Source: Antedon mediterranea (taxonomy: Eukaryota; Animalia; Echinodermata). Taken from it: a DNA stretch of 64,000 nucleotides. Position numbers and translations under genes: made by a program. The notes under the pieces are model-generated. The model was not told where the DNA came from. It ran no database searches and worked only from the letters and a program-made list of their open reading frames with translations. Shown one piece after another: positions 1 through 12,930 of this stretch (its first letter is position 1; each line of letters starts with the position of its first letter). The DNA lies in the NCBI RefSeq assembly GCF_964355755.1, contig NC_092676.1, positions 16,200,871-16,264,870 on the forward strand, in the 5' to 3' direction.

Positions 1-420
1 CACTGCACCTATGCCATAATTTGAGGCATCGGTTTGCAATATAAACATCTTATCAAAATTTGGGGCTTCAGAGGAGGATAACATTTTCCCTCCAAAAATT
101 ATACGATTTTGATTGGCTAATAATAAGGCGGACCTGGTCTAAAGCATCCTTCTCTAAACACAGAGAATCACAACATCAATAATATGACATCATGTATATA
201 AATATATTGTATAATCCGGGTTGTAAAATGAAAACAAACAAATGAAAATGTGTGAACTATTTTAAAACGGGATAGATGATAATGATGATACTGTCAAGTG
301 TATAAAAAAATATAAGAAAATTAATGAAAAAAGGAGTAATACAGAATTCATATATGTAAAAATGTTACTTATGAACTGTAACGACATTTACAAGTTAAAT
401 AATACGATTTTATGTAATAT

Positions 421-1041
421 GAGATTTGATTTTGATTTGATTTGATTTGATTTATTTCGGCATCAGTACATAAAATATCACAGACATACAATTAAAATTG
501 GCAAATATAAAAATACCAATATAAAACAAGGATGCCAAGGATAACTTATAAAAGTCCTCTACGGACTTGTTTCCAATGAGGTCCTTTGAAAGAACAGCAA
601 AAAAGACAAACAAAGCAACATAAAAAAAATACAAAAAACAGCAAAAAGGACAATCGAAAAAAGAAGAAGCGCTAATTAAATAGTTTCTAGAGCTAGTGAA
701 CGTTCCTGTAGATACTTTTTAACTTTACTTTTAAAACAACAAACAGTTTGTGATTCCTTAATGTTAATTGGTAAATTATTCCATTCTTTAATAGCATTGT
801 AAAAAAAGGTCACATGTGCCATTGGCTTGATAGTTGGGATTCTAAAATTAAAATTGCATCCCCTAGTATTGTAATTATGACTGTCTGAAATTATAATAAA
901 ACGATTGCATAAATAAGGTGGACAACAATGATTATATATTTTAAAAACATGACAGACTCTAAGAAATTCGACAATAATATATATATATAAGATAATATGA
1001 ATGTGAATAAAAGTGGTGTTTGCGCCACAAAAGAGAAACAA
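421..1041 (-). mobile_element. 3' fragment of a CR1/L2-group non-LTR retrotransposon (ORF2 C-terminus, 3' UTR, (ATCAA)n tail)
   Basis: ORF 676..1041 ends in PPYL...HNYNTR...TFFYNAIKEWNNLP..IK......FKSKVK, the typical C-terminus of CR1/L2-like ORF2. The (tttga)n at 421-455 is its simple-repeat tail on the minus strand. Confidence 0.75.
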
Positions 1042-1090
1042 AAACTATGTAATCTTAAGACTAAAAATACTAATTTCACCATGCCTGGGC

Positions 1091-2017
1091 GCGATTTTTT
1101 TTTTCGTACATAAGTTGGGGACCCCCTCATGAAACGTCACAAAATAAACATGAATAATTCATCAGTTAAATTTTCTTGTTCCGTGTGCACCCAAGCGTAT
1201 AGCAACAAGAAGTGATTACACAAGTGCGGTACGATTCTAGGCCTCCTATCTCCGCTGTTGTTGCGGCGTGCGATTTCATAGAAGAATAGCGGCGTTTTGT
1301 GTGGATTGTTGAAATAATTAGCCTTTAGTTTATGGTGCTTTTAATATAATTTATTACTAAAGAATTACGTGTTAAAATTATAGTTTCTATTAATACTATT
1401 AGGCCTAATTATTAGTCTCTAAACCCATGTCTATTCTAGTAGTAGCTGTGTGGGTGTGTGTGACCTGTGTGTGTTAGGTATGACCAAAGATAGTTACACT
1501 ATCTTTGGTATGACACAATCCGAGTAATAAGTCAGCAAAATTAAACAATAAACATTACACAAAAATACATTTTTTATTCTCGTGGGTCAAATCTTCCCAT
1601 CTCATGTGTACGCGCATTTTTAAAGTTCCTTTGAGTACATGCATATTGTTTGATAATAAAATAGCAGAATTAAAAAAATACAGTACACAAATTATACACA
1701 TTCTTTATTCTTGTGGGTCTAAGCTTTCTTTGGGCAATGTCCAATGAATTACTACTTAGTTTAATGTCTTGCCTAGCTGTCGATTAGCCTCGACTCGACA
1801 CATTTTGTGTGAAGAAGAGTGCGCGAAGGCAATCACGTGAATTGACTTAGAATCCTAGGCCTACTGTAGAAAGTATCGTATCGCAGTTGTGTAATCACTT
1901 CTTGTTGCTATACGCTTGGGTGCACACGAAACAACAAATTTAACTGATGAATTATTCATGTTTATTTTGTGACGTTTCATGAGGGGTCCCCAACTTATGT
2001 ACGAAAAAAAAAATCGC
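1091..2017. mobile_element. Non-autonomous TIR transposon (MULE/Foldback-like MITE), family A copy 1
   Basis: TIRs of ~130 bp starting GCGATTTTTTTTTTCGTACATAAGTTGGGGACCCC. 9-bp TSD TGCCTGGGC at 1082-1090 and 2018-2026. A second copy is at 61632-62873. Confidence 0.9.
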
Positions 2018-2569
2018 TGCCTGGGCTGTCCAAAGTTGAAACTGCCTCTGAGATCAATGCCCATTTCTCTAGTATTTCTAATGCCATCCCTCCTCTTAAT
2101 TTAAACGATTTGCCTGCTTATCTCCCAGCCCCTGGGCCACCACCTTTAATATATGCTGGTCAGGTCCTAAAAGCCCTTTGTAATCTTAAGCCTAACAAAG
2201 CTGGCCATCCAGATGAACCCCCTATTAAATTATATAGAGATTTTGCTCCTGAACTGGCTGAACCTGTTGCGGATATCTTCAATCATGCATTGAAGGATGG
2301 TGTTTTCCCTGACCTTTTGAAAAGGCTACTGCAGTTCCCATTCCTAAAACTGTGAATGCTAGTTCTGTCTCTGACCTTAGACCTATTTCCCTTACCTATA
2401 TTCTTGCCAGGGTATTTGAATCTTTTATTGTTAAGTGGATTCTTGAAGATATTAAGGGTAAATTAGATTCTCGTCAATTTGGTAGTAGGAAAAAGGCTTC
2501 CTCAACTATCTTGTTAGTCTTATTGACTCTACACTCAAAGATGTTGAGAAGGGTAAATGTTATGTTAAC

Positions 2570-4311
2570 GGTTCTAGGACACCTACCCCCTAGACAGTTA
2601 CCCCCCGGATGTTTACCACCCGGACAACTACCCCCTTAGGACAACTACCCCCCGGACAACTACCCCCCGGACAACTACCCCCTTAGGACAACTACCCCCT
2701 TAGGATAACAACCCCCCGGACAACTACCCCCCGGACAACCACCCCCTTAGGACAACTACCCCCCTTAGGATAACTACCCCCCGGTCAACTACCCCTCGGT
2801 CAACTACCCCCCGGTCAACTACCCCCCGGTCAACTACCCCCCCCCCCCCCATCCAAAAGTAGACAAATATATAGGACCGGTTTCTGTAAAAATGAAATCA
2901 TCTGTTTTTAACGGGTGTTTCGAAACTAGAGACCCGAGACCAGAGACCTGACACGAGACCCAATACGAAAAGGGAGACCTATATTTGGGTCTCCCTTTTC
3001 GTATATTAGGGTCTCCCTTTTCGTATAGTGTGGTCTCTCTTTTCGTATAGTGGGGTCTCCCTTTTCTTATACTGTAGTGGGTCTCCCTTTTCTTATAGTG
3101 GGTCTCCCTTTTCGTATATTTGGGTTTCCCATTTTGTATATTTGGGTCTCCCTTTCGTATAATTGGGTCTCCCTTTTCGTATATTTAGGTCTCCCTTTTC
3201 GTATATTAGGGTCTCCCTTTTCGTATAGTGGGGTCTCCCTTTTCGTATAGTGGGGTCTCCCTTTTCGTATAGTGGGGTCTCCCTTTTCGTACGTGGGTCT
3301 CCCTTTTCGTATATTTAGGTCTCCCTTTTCGTATTGGGTCTCGGGTCTCTGGTCTCGGGTCTCTAGTTTCGAAACACCCGTTTTTAACCGATTATTCTGT
3401 TTAACAGCACGCTAGACCCTAGATGTGCTAGATTTAAAGTACCGTATTTATTGAAAAAACGGCCTGGGCTATTTATTGTTTAGGTGGTTTTTAGGTGGAC
3501 ATTTATTGGAAGAAAGTTGTTTATTCAATGGGAGGGGTATAATCTAATGGAAATAGACGCCGATTATTCCATATGATATTTCATGGGAGTGACATGGTCA
3601 CCGTTTATTTGAGGGGAATTTATTTAAAGATCGACGTTTATTCGGTGAGTGAACATTGAGGCCAAATATCAAAAGTGATATTATTCTTCAAGTGTACAAA
3701 AATACATATATGACAAATTTGAGACAAAAATTAATTCTTTTAAGACCAGTGGTTATCGAAGCATTGTCCTGACGCAAAAATTATTATTATTATTAGCGAA
3801 CCCAGTCTTTACAGTAAATACAGGGAGTACTATATAATACGTTCGACTATCCTATGATCATGTGTGACAATCTTCAGTTTATACCAGGCTATATTTATGT
3901 TCAATCTTTTACTTTTGTTTACAATAATGAATAGTAATTCGTCATTAAAATATAGTTATTAATTCCTATTATACACTGTTGCAGAGTCAGGTTGTTGAAT
4001 GGTCTGGGTGGTTAGGGTGTTCTAAAGGGATAGTTTTCTGGGTGGTAATTGTCCGGGGGGTAATTGTCCGGGGGGTAATTGTCCGGGGGGTAATTGTTCC
4101 TAGGGGGTAATTGTCCGGGGGGTAGTTGTCCAGGGGGTAGTTGTCCTAAGGGGGTTGTTGTCCTAAGGGGGTAGTTGTCCGGGGGGTATTTGTCCGGGGG
4201 GTAGTTGTCCTAAAGGGGTAGTTGTCCTAAGGGGGTAGTGGTCCAGGTGGTGGTTGTCCGGGGGGTAGTTGTCCGGGGGGTAAATGTCCAGGGGGTGAAT
4301 ATCCGGATACG
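2570..4311. mobile_element. Non-autonomous DNA transposon with inverted subterminal 15-16 bp tandem repeats (GGACAACTACCCCCC)n, family B copy 1
   Basis: TATGTTAAC is duplicated at 2561-2569 and 4312-4320. C-rich repeat array at 2580-2850 and the complementary G-rich array at 4045-4300. It interrupts the LINE RT frame. Confidence 0.9.
2913..3379. mobile_element. MITE nested in family B copy 1 (family C), with internal ~20-22 bp repeats GGGTCTCCCTTTTCGTATA
   Basis: TIR GGGTGTTTCGAAACTAGAGACCCGAGACCAGAGACC at both ends. 9-bp TSD GTTTTTAAC at 2904-2912 and 3380-3388. Confidence 0.88.
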
Positions 4312-5022
4312 TATGTTAACCTATGTGCCACTGACTTTACTAAAGCTTTTGATCGTGTTGATCATAATGTTATTATTATAAAGTTGATTGAACTGGGTGT
4401 GAGACTGTGAGGTCGTCCATAATTCCCATCGCCTGCAGGTTTCTCAATTCCCGTTCTCTCAACACCAAGTTTGCTGGGATTTTGTCATCTTCCAAGTCAC
4501 TGACTTGTGGTGTCCCACAGGGGACATTGCTTGGCCCTGTACTTTTCCTAGTACTTATTAACGATGCTTGTGTTGATTGCTGCAGACGATGGAAATATGT
4601 GGATGACCTCACCTTTGGGGAGGTCGTTCGCAAAGGTGATTTGCATTCCATGCAACTGTTAGATGAGTGTTTGGTGTTCATCCAAAAATATGATACCCAA
4701 ACCCTCCAAATGCCATATCTTGGTTGTCAATTTTCTTAAGGACAAGTCGGATGATATTATATCGCCTTCTTTTAGTCTGAGTGGTTCAATTTTACAAGTA
4801 GTTGATCACATGACGCTTCTTGGTGTAATCATTCAAAATGACCTGAAATGGGAACTTAACACTAACAATATTGTGTCTAGAGCTTCTAGACGTTTATTTT
4901 CCATGTGCATTTTGAAGAAAGCAGGAATCTTAATTAATGATCTGTTGACTGTTTATATGGCGTATATAAGACCTATTTTAGAATATGCTGCCCCTGTTTG
5001 GCATGGCGCTATCACTAAGGAC

Positions 5023-6782
5023 CGTATCCGGATATTCACCCCCTGGACATTTACCCCCCGGACAACTACCCCCCGGACAACCACCACCTGGACCACTACC
5101 CCCTTAGGACAACTACCCCTTTAGGACAACTACCCCCCGGACAAATACCCCCCGGACAACTACCCCCTTAGGACAACAACCCCCTTAGGACAACTACCCC
5201 CTGGACAACTACCCCCCGGACAATTACCCCCTAGGAACAATTACCCCCCGGACAATTACCCCCCGGACAATTACCCCCCGGACAATTACCACCCAGAAAA
5301 CTATCCCTTTAGAACACCCTAACCACCCAGACCATTCAACAACCTGACTCTGCAACAGTGTATAATAGGAATTAATAACTATATTTTAATGACGAATTAC
5401 TATTCATTATTGTAAACAAAAGTAAAAGATTGAACATAAATATAGCCTGGTATAAACTGAAGATTGTCACACATGATCATAGGATAGTCGAACGTATTAT
5501 ATAGTACTCCCTGTATTTACTGTAAAGACTGGGTTCGCTAATAATAATAATAATTTTTGCGTCAGGACAATGCTTCGATAACCACTGGTCTTAAAAGAAT
5601 TAATTTTTGTCTCAAATTTGTCATATATGTATTTTTGTACACTTGAAGAATAATATCACTTTTGATATTTGGCCTCAATGTTCACTCACCGAATAAACGT
5701 CGATCTTTAAATAAATTCCCCTCAAATAAACGGTGACCATGTCACTCCCATGAAATATCATATGGAATAATCGGCGTCTATTTCCATTAGATTATACCCC
5801 TCCCATTGAATAAACAACTTTCTTCCAATAAATGTCCACCTAAAAACCACCTAAACAATAAACAGCCCAGGCCGTTTTTTCAATAAATACGGTACTTTAA
5901 ATCTAGCACATCTAGGGTCTAGCGTGCTGTTAAACAGAATAATCGGTTAAAAACGGGTGTTTCGAAACTAGAGACCCGAGACCAGAGACCAGAGACCCGA
6001 GACCCAATACGAAAAGGGAGACCTAAATATACGAAAAGGGAGACCCACGTACGAAAAGGGAGACCCCACTATACGAAAAGGGAGACCCCACTATACGAAA
6101 AGGGAGACCCCACTATACGAAAAGGGAGACCCTAATATACGAAAAGGGAGACCTAAATATACGAAAAGGGAGACCCAATTATACGAAAGGGAGACCCAAA
6201 TATACAAAATGGGAAACCCAAATATACGAAAAGGGAGACCCACTATAAGAAAAGGGAGACCCACTATAAGAAAAGGGAGACCCCACTATACGAAAAGAGA
6301 GACCACACTATACGAAAAGGGAGACCCTAATATACGAAAAGGGAGACCCAAATATAGGTCTCCCTTTTCGTATTGGGTCTCGTGTCAGGTCTCTGGTCTC
6401 GGGTCTCTAGTTTCGAAACACCCGTTAAAAACAGATGATTTCATTTTTACAGAAACCGGTCCTATATATTTGTCTACTTTTGGATGGGGGGGGGGGGGTA
6501 GTTGACCGGGGGGTAGTTGACCGGGGGGTAGTTGACCGAGGGGTAGTTGACCGGGGGGTAGTTATCCTAAGGGGGGTAGTTGTCCTAAGGGGGTGGTTGT
6601 CCGGGGGGTAGTTGTCCGGGGGGTTGTTATCCTAAGGGGGTAGTTGTCCTAAGGGGGTAGTTGTCCTAAGGGGGTAGTTGTCCGGGGGGTAGTTTTCCGG
6701 GGGGTAGTTGTCCTAAGGGGGTAGTTTTCCGGGTGGTAAACATCCGGGGGGTAACTGTCTAGGGGGTAGGTGTCCTAGAACC
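5023..6782. mobile_element. Family B copy 2, inverted and near-identical to copy 1
   Basis: Reverse complement of 2570-4311 with only a few repeat-unit differences. Its own 8-bp TSD CTAAGGAC lies at 5015-5022 and 6783-6790. Confidence 0.9.
5955..6423. mobile_element. Family C MITE nested in family B copy 2
   Basis: Same TIRs and same TSD (GTTAAAAAC at 5946-5954 and 6424-6432) as the nested copy at 2913-3379, so it was carried along with element B. Confidence 0.88.
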
Positions 6783-6958
6783 CTAAGGACATGTCCAAGT
6801 CTATTGAAAAGGTACAAAATAGAGCATTGCGTATCATGATAGGTAACAACTATTTATGCTAGGTAACAACTATTTGTGCTATGATCATGCATTGTCTGTT
6901 ACTGGTTTACCTACTCTTGTTGAGAGAAGAAACAAACTTGTGTTGTCTTTCGGGGAAG

Positions 6959-9395
6959 CAGGGGTGGCGCCAGGATCTTCCCGACGCGGGGGCTACATTC
7001 CCCGACGAGGGGGCTATGCGAGCATCACTAGGCTGGGGGCCAGGGGGCCGCCAAGGGCCCCCGGTGGGGGTCCAGGGGGAGAATCCCCCGGAAGCAACGC
7101 GTTCTAGCGTCATTTGAGGTCATTTTAATCAGATTTAGGGTAGCCATTTTTTCTATTTTTTATAATGCATAAATAAAATACTGCGTGCAAAAAAACGATG
7201 CGCGATGTCTGTTTCAATCCATATTTTTCAATTCAAAAAATAAAAGTTCAAAGAAAATTTAGAAAAATAGAGTTGGAGGTCCCGGAAATTGGACTTATTA
7301 TACTTCAAAACATGAAACAAAATATATAAGTCCCTATCATGGTTGTGACTGAGCTAAGAAATGTTTGAAAAATAGAGATGTTAGGTCCCGGAAAATGCAC
7401 TTCTTGTACTTCGAAATATGACCAGCTTTATTGTTGGGGCTGAGCTAAGAAAATGTTTAAAACTAGAGCTGCAGGTCTTTAAAAAATTGCATTTTATACT
7501 TTGGAAACATCAGGCCTAGAGGCTTAAAATACGCAAGAAGCGTAGACCTTTTTCAGTCGGGGAAATAAGTTTATTCCTCCCAAGTGTATGCGTGCGTACC
7601 ATCTGGACTTCCGAGTGGTGAGAAATTCATGACATACAGGACATTGCAAATGTAATAACTAGCTATAATAAGATGTTGGCTAAGCGAAAATGGCATGTTT
7701 TTTGTTTAGTAATGGATGAAAAATTTATTTTAGGTGCCCCACGGTACAGAAGGTTACTTGTAAATTAAAAAATTGGTGAACATACGAACTATAAACATAA
7801 TTCGTTTTTGCTGTAGTGTAGCGTACGTCGACGCAGTACACGACGTAACCGTCGGTAAACTTCGCCTGGAAAATAACTACAGTACACATTTTGGTCCCTG
7901 GATGGAACATGATATCACGCGTCTCGACCCAACGTTGAACGATTCGTACAAAGGGATACCGCCAGACAAGTGCGTACCTAGCTATTGTTTAGTAGTAAGT
8001 TAGATCGCTGGCAATAATGCATGCATACGGTATTTATAAAGTGCATAATATCACTCTGACGTACTCTCACGGTCAATGAAACGTCGCGGTTTTCTAGGCG
8101 CTGAAGCTAGCTACGAAGTGAACGCGAACGCTTTTTACTGTATATTATATTCCCCGACAAAAAGTACCCGTGTTCCCTTCGGTAACCGTCGGTAAACTAA
8201 ACATTTTGGTCCCTGGATGGAACTTGATATCACGCGTCTCGACCCAACGTTGAACGATTCGTACAAAGGGATACCGCCAGACAAGTGCGTACCTAGCTAA
8301 TGTTTAGTAGTAAGTTAGATCGCTGGCAACTATGAATGTGTTATGCGCGATTTGAACGATTTGCGCAATTTGAAATTGCGCAAAAAAAATCCTTGCGCAA
8401 TTTGAATTGAAACATGTGTTTCAAATTGCGCAAGCAACGTATTAAATTGCGCAAGTAATCTGCAAATTGCGCAAGGTTTTTCGACAGATTGTGAAATCAT
8501 GCACACCCATATTTTTATAGTAATTTCTAAGAATGATTCAAAATTAAAGATAAATATCGCATTTCCTTATTTAAGTAGTGCAAATATTGTTATAAGTTAG
8601 CATACCGTCGAAGAACCGACGAAGGAAAACGAAGCGGTGGTGTTCCACCAGGCGGGCGCGGCGCGGGCGGCCGGCTATACTACTCTAGCCTAGCTAGGGT
8701 CTGGACTACTGATACTGACTAGGTTACATGGCCTAGCTTAAACTAATATTAAAAACTTAATTTTTACATTTATTTTGATTTATTTCAAGTTACAGTGATA
8801 ATATTATTTAATTGTAATAATAAATGTTATGTATTTATTATACACATGTTATCTTCGCATTTATTATGTTTTATTTTGAGTTATTTAGTTTTCAATAAAT
8901 TATTAATATTATAATACCGATTGTCTGGTAGAATTTTGTTGCGCAATTTGAAAATTTACAGTTCGTTTTCAAATTGCGCAAAGGTGTCATATTGCGCAAG
9001 AACTATCTTGCGCAATTTACAAATTGTGCAGCGCAATTTAAAATTGCGCAAAGATTTCCTTGCGCAATTTGTAATTGCGCAATTTTAAATTGCGCAAGAA
9101 TTCTTTGCGCAATTTCAAATTGCGCAAGGATTTTTTTGCGCAATTTCTAATTGCGCAAAACGTTCAAATCGCGCATAACAAATGCATAAAAGTGCATAAT
9201 AGCCCTCTGACGTACTCTCACGGTCAATGGAACGTCGTGGTTTTCTAGGCGCTGAAGCTATATGAAGTGAACGGGAACGTTTTTAACTGTATAAAATTAT
9301 TATATTCCCCGACAAGTACGGGGGGGGGGGGCTAGGTTCCCCGACGAGGGGGCTAGAGCCCCCGTAGCCCCCACCTCCCGCTGGCGCCACCACTG
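6959..9395. mobile_element. Non-autonomous hAT-like DNA transposon
   Basis: TIR CAG(G/T)GGTGGCGCCAG at both ends and 8-bp TSD CGGGGAAG at 6951-6958 and 9396-9403. Subterminal TTCCCGACGAGGGGGCT motifs. Internal direct duplication (~7848-8160 vs ~8183-8334 plus 9185-9315). Confidence 0.85.
8339..9180. mobile_element. TGT...ACA-ended MITE with 4-bp TSD (Ginger-like), nested in the hAT-like element
   Basis: Perfect TIR TGTTATGCGCGATTTGAACG. TSD AATG at 8335-8338 and 9181-9184. About 18 subterminal TTGCGCAA palindromes. Confidence 0.8.
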
Positions 9396-10839
9396 CGGGG
9401 AAGGCTTATTAAAATCCGAGCTGTTTAGAGAAATACTTCCCCCTCTTCATAAGCCAGCTCGGTCTCTCAGATTCAACCGCTTTCTAGAAGTACCTCATTG
9501 TAAAACCAGCAGACTTAGGTCGTCTCCAGTTCCCACCATGGTGGATATAATTAATAGGCACCACTAGCTCTTTTTTAGATATGTAATAAGTGAATGTTTT
9601 AAGGTTTTTTATTCATGTATGTTTTTAATTTTATGGTACGATATCTAATTTTAATAAGATGTTTCTATTTTTATAGCAATTTTAACTAATTTTTAGTCAT
9701 TTGTAATACAATTCATTTCAGTCGATCCTTGACTGTCGTTTTGTAATATATTTTTATATACCGAATAAATAAATAAAATTACTTACGAAACCTGAAATGA
9801 GAATTTGTAAACTCGGACTGGGCATGTGCACACCATAAATCACGTCTGGAAGAAGAAAGTTAGATAAAAAAATCTGCTGATAAATTACTAGTCACTTCAT
9901 TCACGTGAGATTTGATCTGCCCATGCACATTACACGAACTAATGACGTGACCAAATAGAGCATATCAGGTTATTTTACGTTACACAAATATTATTATTGT
10001 TAAATAACAAACAAAAATTTATTTCTGCTGATTTTTCTGGTATGAACAAAAAACGCCAAATAATTCTACCAGATGGTTGTTAATACATAAATAAACAAGA
10101 AATATTTCTCACAAAAAACGCTGCTCGCTTATTGAAAAATATTTTTTATTTCAAATGTTTTTGAATGTGTCATTTTATTGTCACATAATAGTTATTTTAC
10201 CTGAAAAAAAATGTAATTTAAAGCAACAAATACTTAAATTGTCTGTCAGACAATGGTTTGGGGTTTCTTTTCTCTTTTTATATGTGAATAAATATTATTT
10301 TTTTGTTACAGAAGTGAATACTCAATTTTAGTCACTTTAGTTAATTTTATTGCTAAGGTCAAGTATGGGGGTCACTTCATCACCCTAGATATTTCAAGTG
10401 TGAAGTATCCTATTACAAACACAAACTTTTATGGACTGTTTTGATAATAATTCAATGAATATCTGACAGTGAATATACCAAAAATGCTTGGGATTTGTAA
10501 TTTTAGCATGACTTGTCCTAATATACTCTTTTCCCAGACTTTTTTGGGTCTACTGTAGCAGCTGGAATCAATAAATTATAGTGGAGTTTCCATTTTCGCA
10601 AAACTGTCGTCCTTAGAACTATAACTGCTGCTTGCTTTAGCTTTTGATTGAGTAGTCCTAATGGGACGTAGCGGGCTAGAGCAGCAGCGTGAAAAGCCAG
10701 GGTAATAATAACAAACAAGGAGTACTGTGCCAAAGAAGACATAATAGGTCTACTGGTATATTTTGTTTACTGTAACTTAAATGGACTAGTGGACAAGTAA
10801 ATAGAAGGTCATGTAGGTTAGCTCCGCCAAAATTGAATC

Positions 10840-12930
10840 AAAATCACTATTCCTGAACCATTGTCATCCGATCGCCGTGAAATAATCGACTTAAGATTCA
10901 ACATATTACAATATTATAGGAAATGGCAGCCCGATCAACTCGTAAATCTAACTTACGTTTAACATTTGACCAAGCTGTTTCTGAAAGCCCTCCTACTGCA
11001 TCTACTATCGATCCAGGTGAGGGCTTAACTGACCTTCGGCAGGAAATTCAAAAGCTCGCAGGAGAAATGCGAGGTAGGCTTGACGTACTACTTAAAAATC
11101 AAGATACATTATTACGAAGGATGGATAAGATGGAATCTATTCAAAAAGATATTGACAAATCTGTAGCTTATACTGCAGAATAAGTAAGTGATCTAAAAAA
11201 AAAAATGTTGATCTGACAAATAAATAGCAAATATTTCAACAGCAATGGATAATACTCTACAGTCATTACAACGTCTGGAGACACAAATCGTAAGTCTTTA
11301 ACGTCATTCCCGTGGGTTTAACCTTAGATTTGGTGGTATTACAGAAGAAAAGGGTGAACAACCCCTGAAAAAATTCAAGATCTCATAACCAACAAACTAG
11401 GCTATCCCGACGCTGACATTGAGGCGGCTCACCGTACCGGAAAACCACCCAAAACATCAGCTGACAAACCGCGACATATAATCGGTCGTTTTGTCTACAG
11501 GTCAGATCGACGTATCGTGTTAAAGCGCACTTAAACTCAACTCAAGGAATGTGACACGTTCGTAATTGAGGACTTACCTGCTGCAGATATTGCCAAAAAG
11601 AAATCATACAGAAAAATAATGCAGAAAGCATATAACGAAGGTAAGAAACCAGTTTTTTTCGGAACGGAAATCTGTATATAAATGGAAGGTTGTATGGCCG
11701 AATTACACAACTTTGAATCATACTTCCTACAGGGAGTAATATTGGAGCGTTTATTATTGAGCTTTTCCCCAAATATATTTTGTTGACTAACTAACTATAG
11801 GCCTAATATAAACTTTTAATATTTTTGCTGTTTTCGTTCCGGTACATGCCGATCATGATTTACGTTCATAACAGTGTTCTCATCATGAAGACAGAAAACA
11901 ACTACAGAATTTGCATAATTATATGCACATGTGTTATTTTTGAATACCTTACTATGTATGTTTAACATGTTCTCATTGTCGGTCGGTTTTACCGAGCGGC
12001 GTTAACTTGTTCCTTCTTTTTGGTCGTTTATTTTATGCAGTGTACTGGTATCATTTTATTATTTGTAGGTATAAAATCATTAACACTTGGGTATTTATAT
12101 TTTTGGAATTGACTATATTATTATGTTATCATGTGATATGGTTTGTTCAGAGCAACTCATAATACAAAGAGCAACCCACCAGTTACTAATACTGTTACGA
12201 ATTAAGTTTCAGAAATACCAATAATTGAAATCGACTAAATGAACTCAAATGTGATGTGTTTGAGTCTATTGCAAATTTTGTAGGAAACTTTGATCTAGAT
12301 CCTGACCAAAATTTCTACAAAAACTGCACAAACGTTTCTAATTATTTTCTTTGTAATCAATTTGCATGTAAATTTAACACAGTAGATACTCAAACAAGTT
12401 TTTCTAGTATCCACTTTAATGCAATAAGTCTCGTAAAAAATTTAGATGCTATCATCTTTTCAATCAAATCTTACTAAATTAACATTGCTCCAAAAAAGAA
12501 TAATACGTATCATAATTTCAAAATCTTCTTTTACAGCTTATACCGGTCCTCTATTTAAGAAACTTAATATAATGACACAAAGATATAAAATGTTTTGCCT
12601 CATTCGTTCCAAAACATACAAAATGTAAATAGTTTTAAAAAGATTGCAAAATATTATTTATTATCAAACAATACTTAGCGGCCTTATGTGTGTTTTTTTG
12701 TTAATATATTTACCTTTAGCAATATTGAAAATGTATTAATATGATTTATACTGCAATTAAAATGTACCGCTTTACGTTTTATTGTTATTTTCATTTCCAT
12801 GTCTTATATATGTTTTGTTTGCCTTTGAATGTTTTGTTTTGGCGTCCCTGACACAAGCTTTTGCTTTTTTGGTGACGCCACCATTTTGGAAATAAATGTT
12901 GATTTTGATTGATTGATTGATTGATTGATA
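10840..12930 (+). mobile_element. Internally deleted, frameshifted LINE (ORF1 remnant, both ends of ORF2, (GATT)n tail)
   Basis: ORF1-type coiled coil (10923-11183), then broken NLRFGGITEEKGE, IEAAHRTGKP, PRHIIGRF and NGNLYING motifs. The ORF2 start (LDPDQNFY...FSSIHFNA.SL.KN) jumps directly to the ORF2 end (LQKRIIRII...TGPLFKKLNI). 3' hairpin GGCGTC...GACGCC at 12841-12879 and microsatellite tail at 12900-12930. The 5' boundary is approximate. Confidence 0.75.

Larger units (their letters stand above)
1042..9783 (+). mobile_element. 5'-truncated CR1/L2-group LINE (reverse transcriptase ORF2) split into five pieces by DNA-transposon insertions
   Basis: Pieces 1042-1090, 2027-2569, 4321-5022, 6791-6958 and 9404-~9783 rejoin in frame at each insertion site once the insert and one TSD are removed: TMPG|LSKVE, KCYVN|LCATDFTKAFDRVDH, AITKD|MSKSIEKVQ, SFGE|GLLKSE. 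RT motifs: LRPISLT, GVPQGTLLGP, WKYVDD (YVDD at 4596-4607), RPILEYA. Stop TAG at 9565-9567, then 3' UTR and (AATA)n tail. Several frameshifts show it is inactive. Confidence 0.9.

Noticed and set aside
2580-6780. Pro/Thr/Gly-rich ORFs (3050..3250, 6209..6505, tails of 2352..2639 and 4663..5124)
   Set aside because: They are read-through into transposon subterminal repeats bounded by TSDs.
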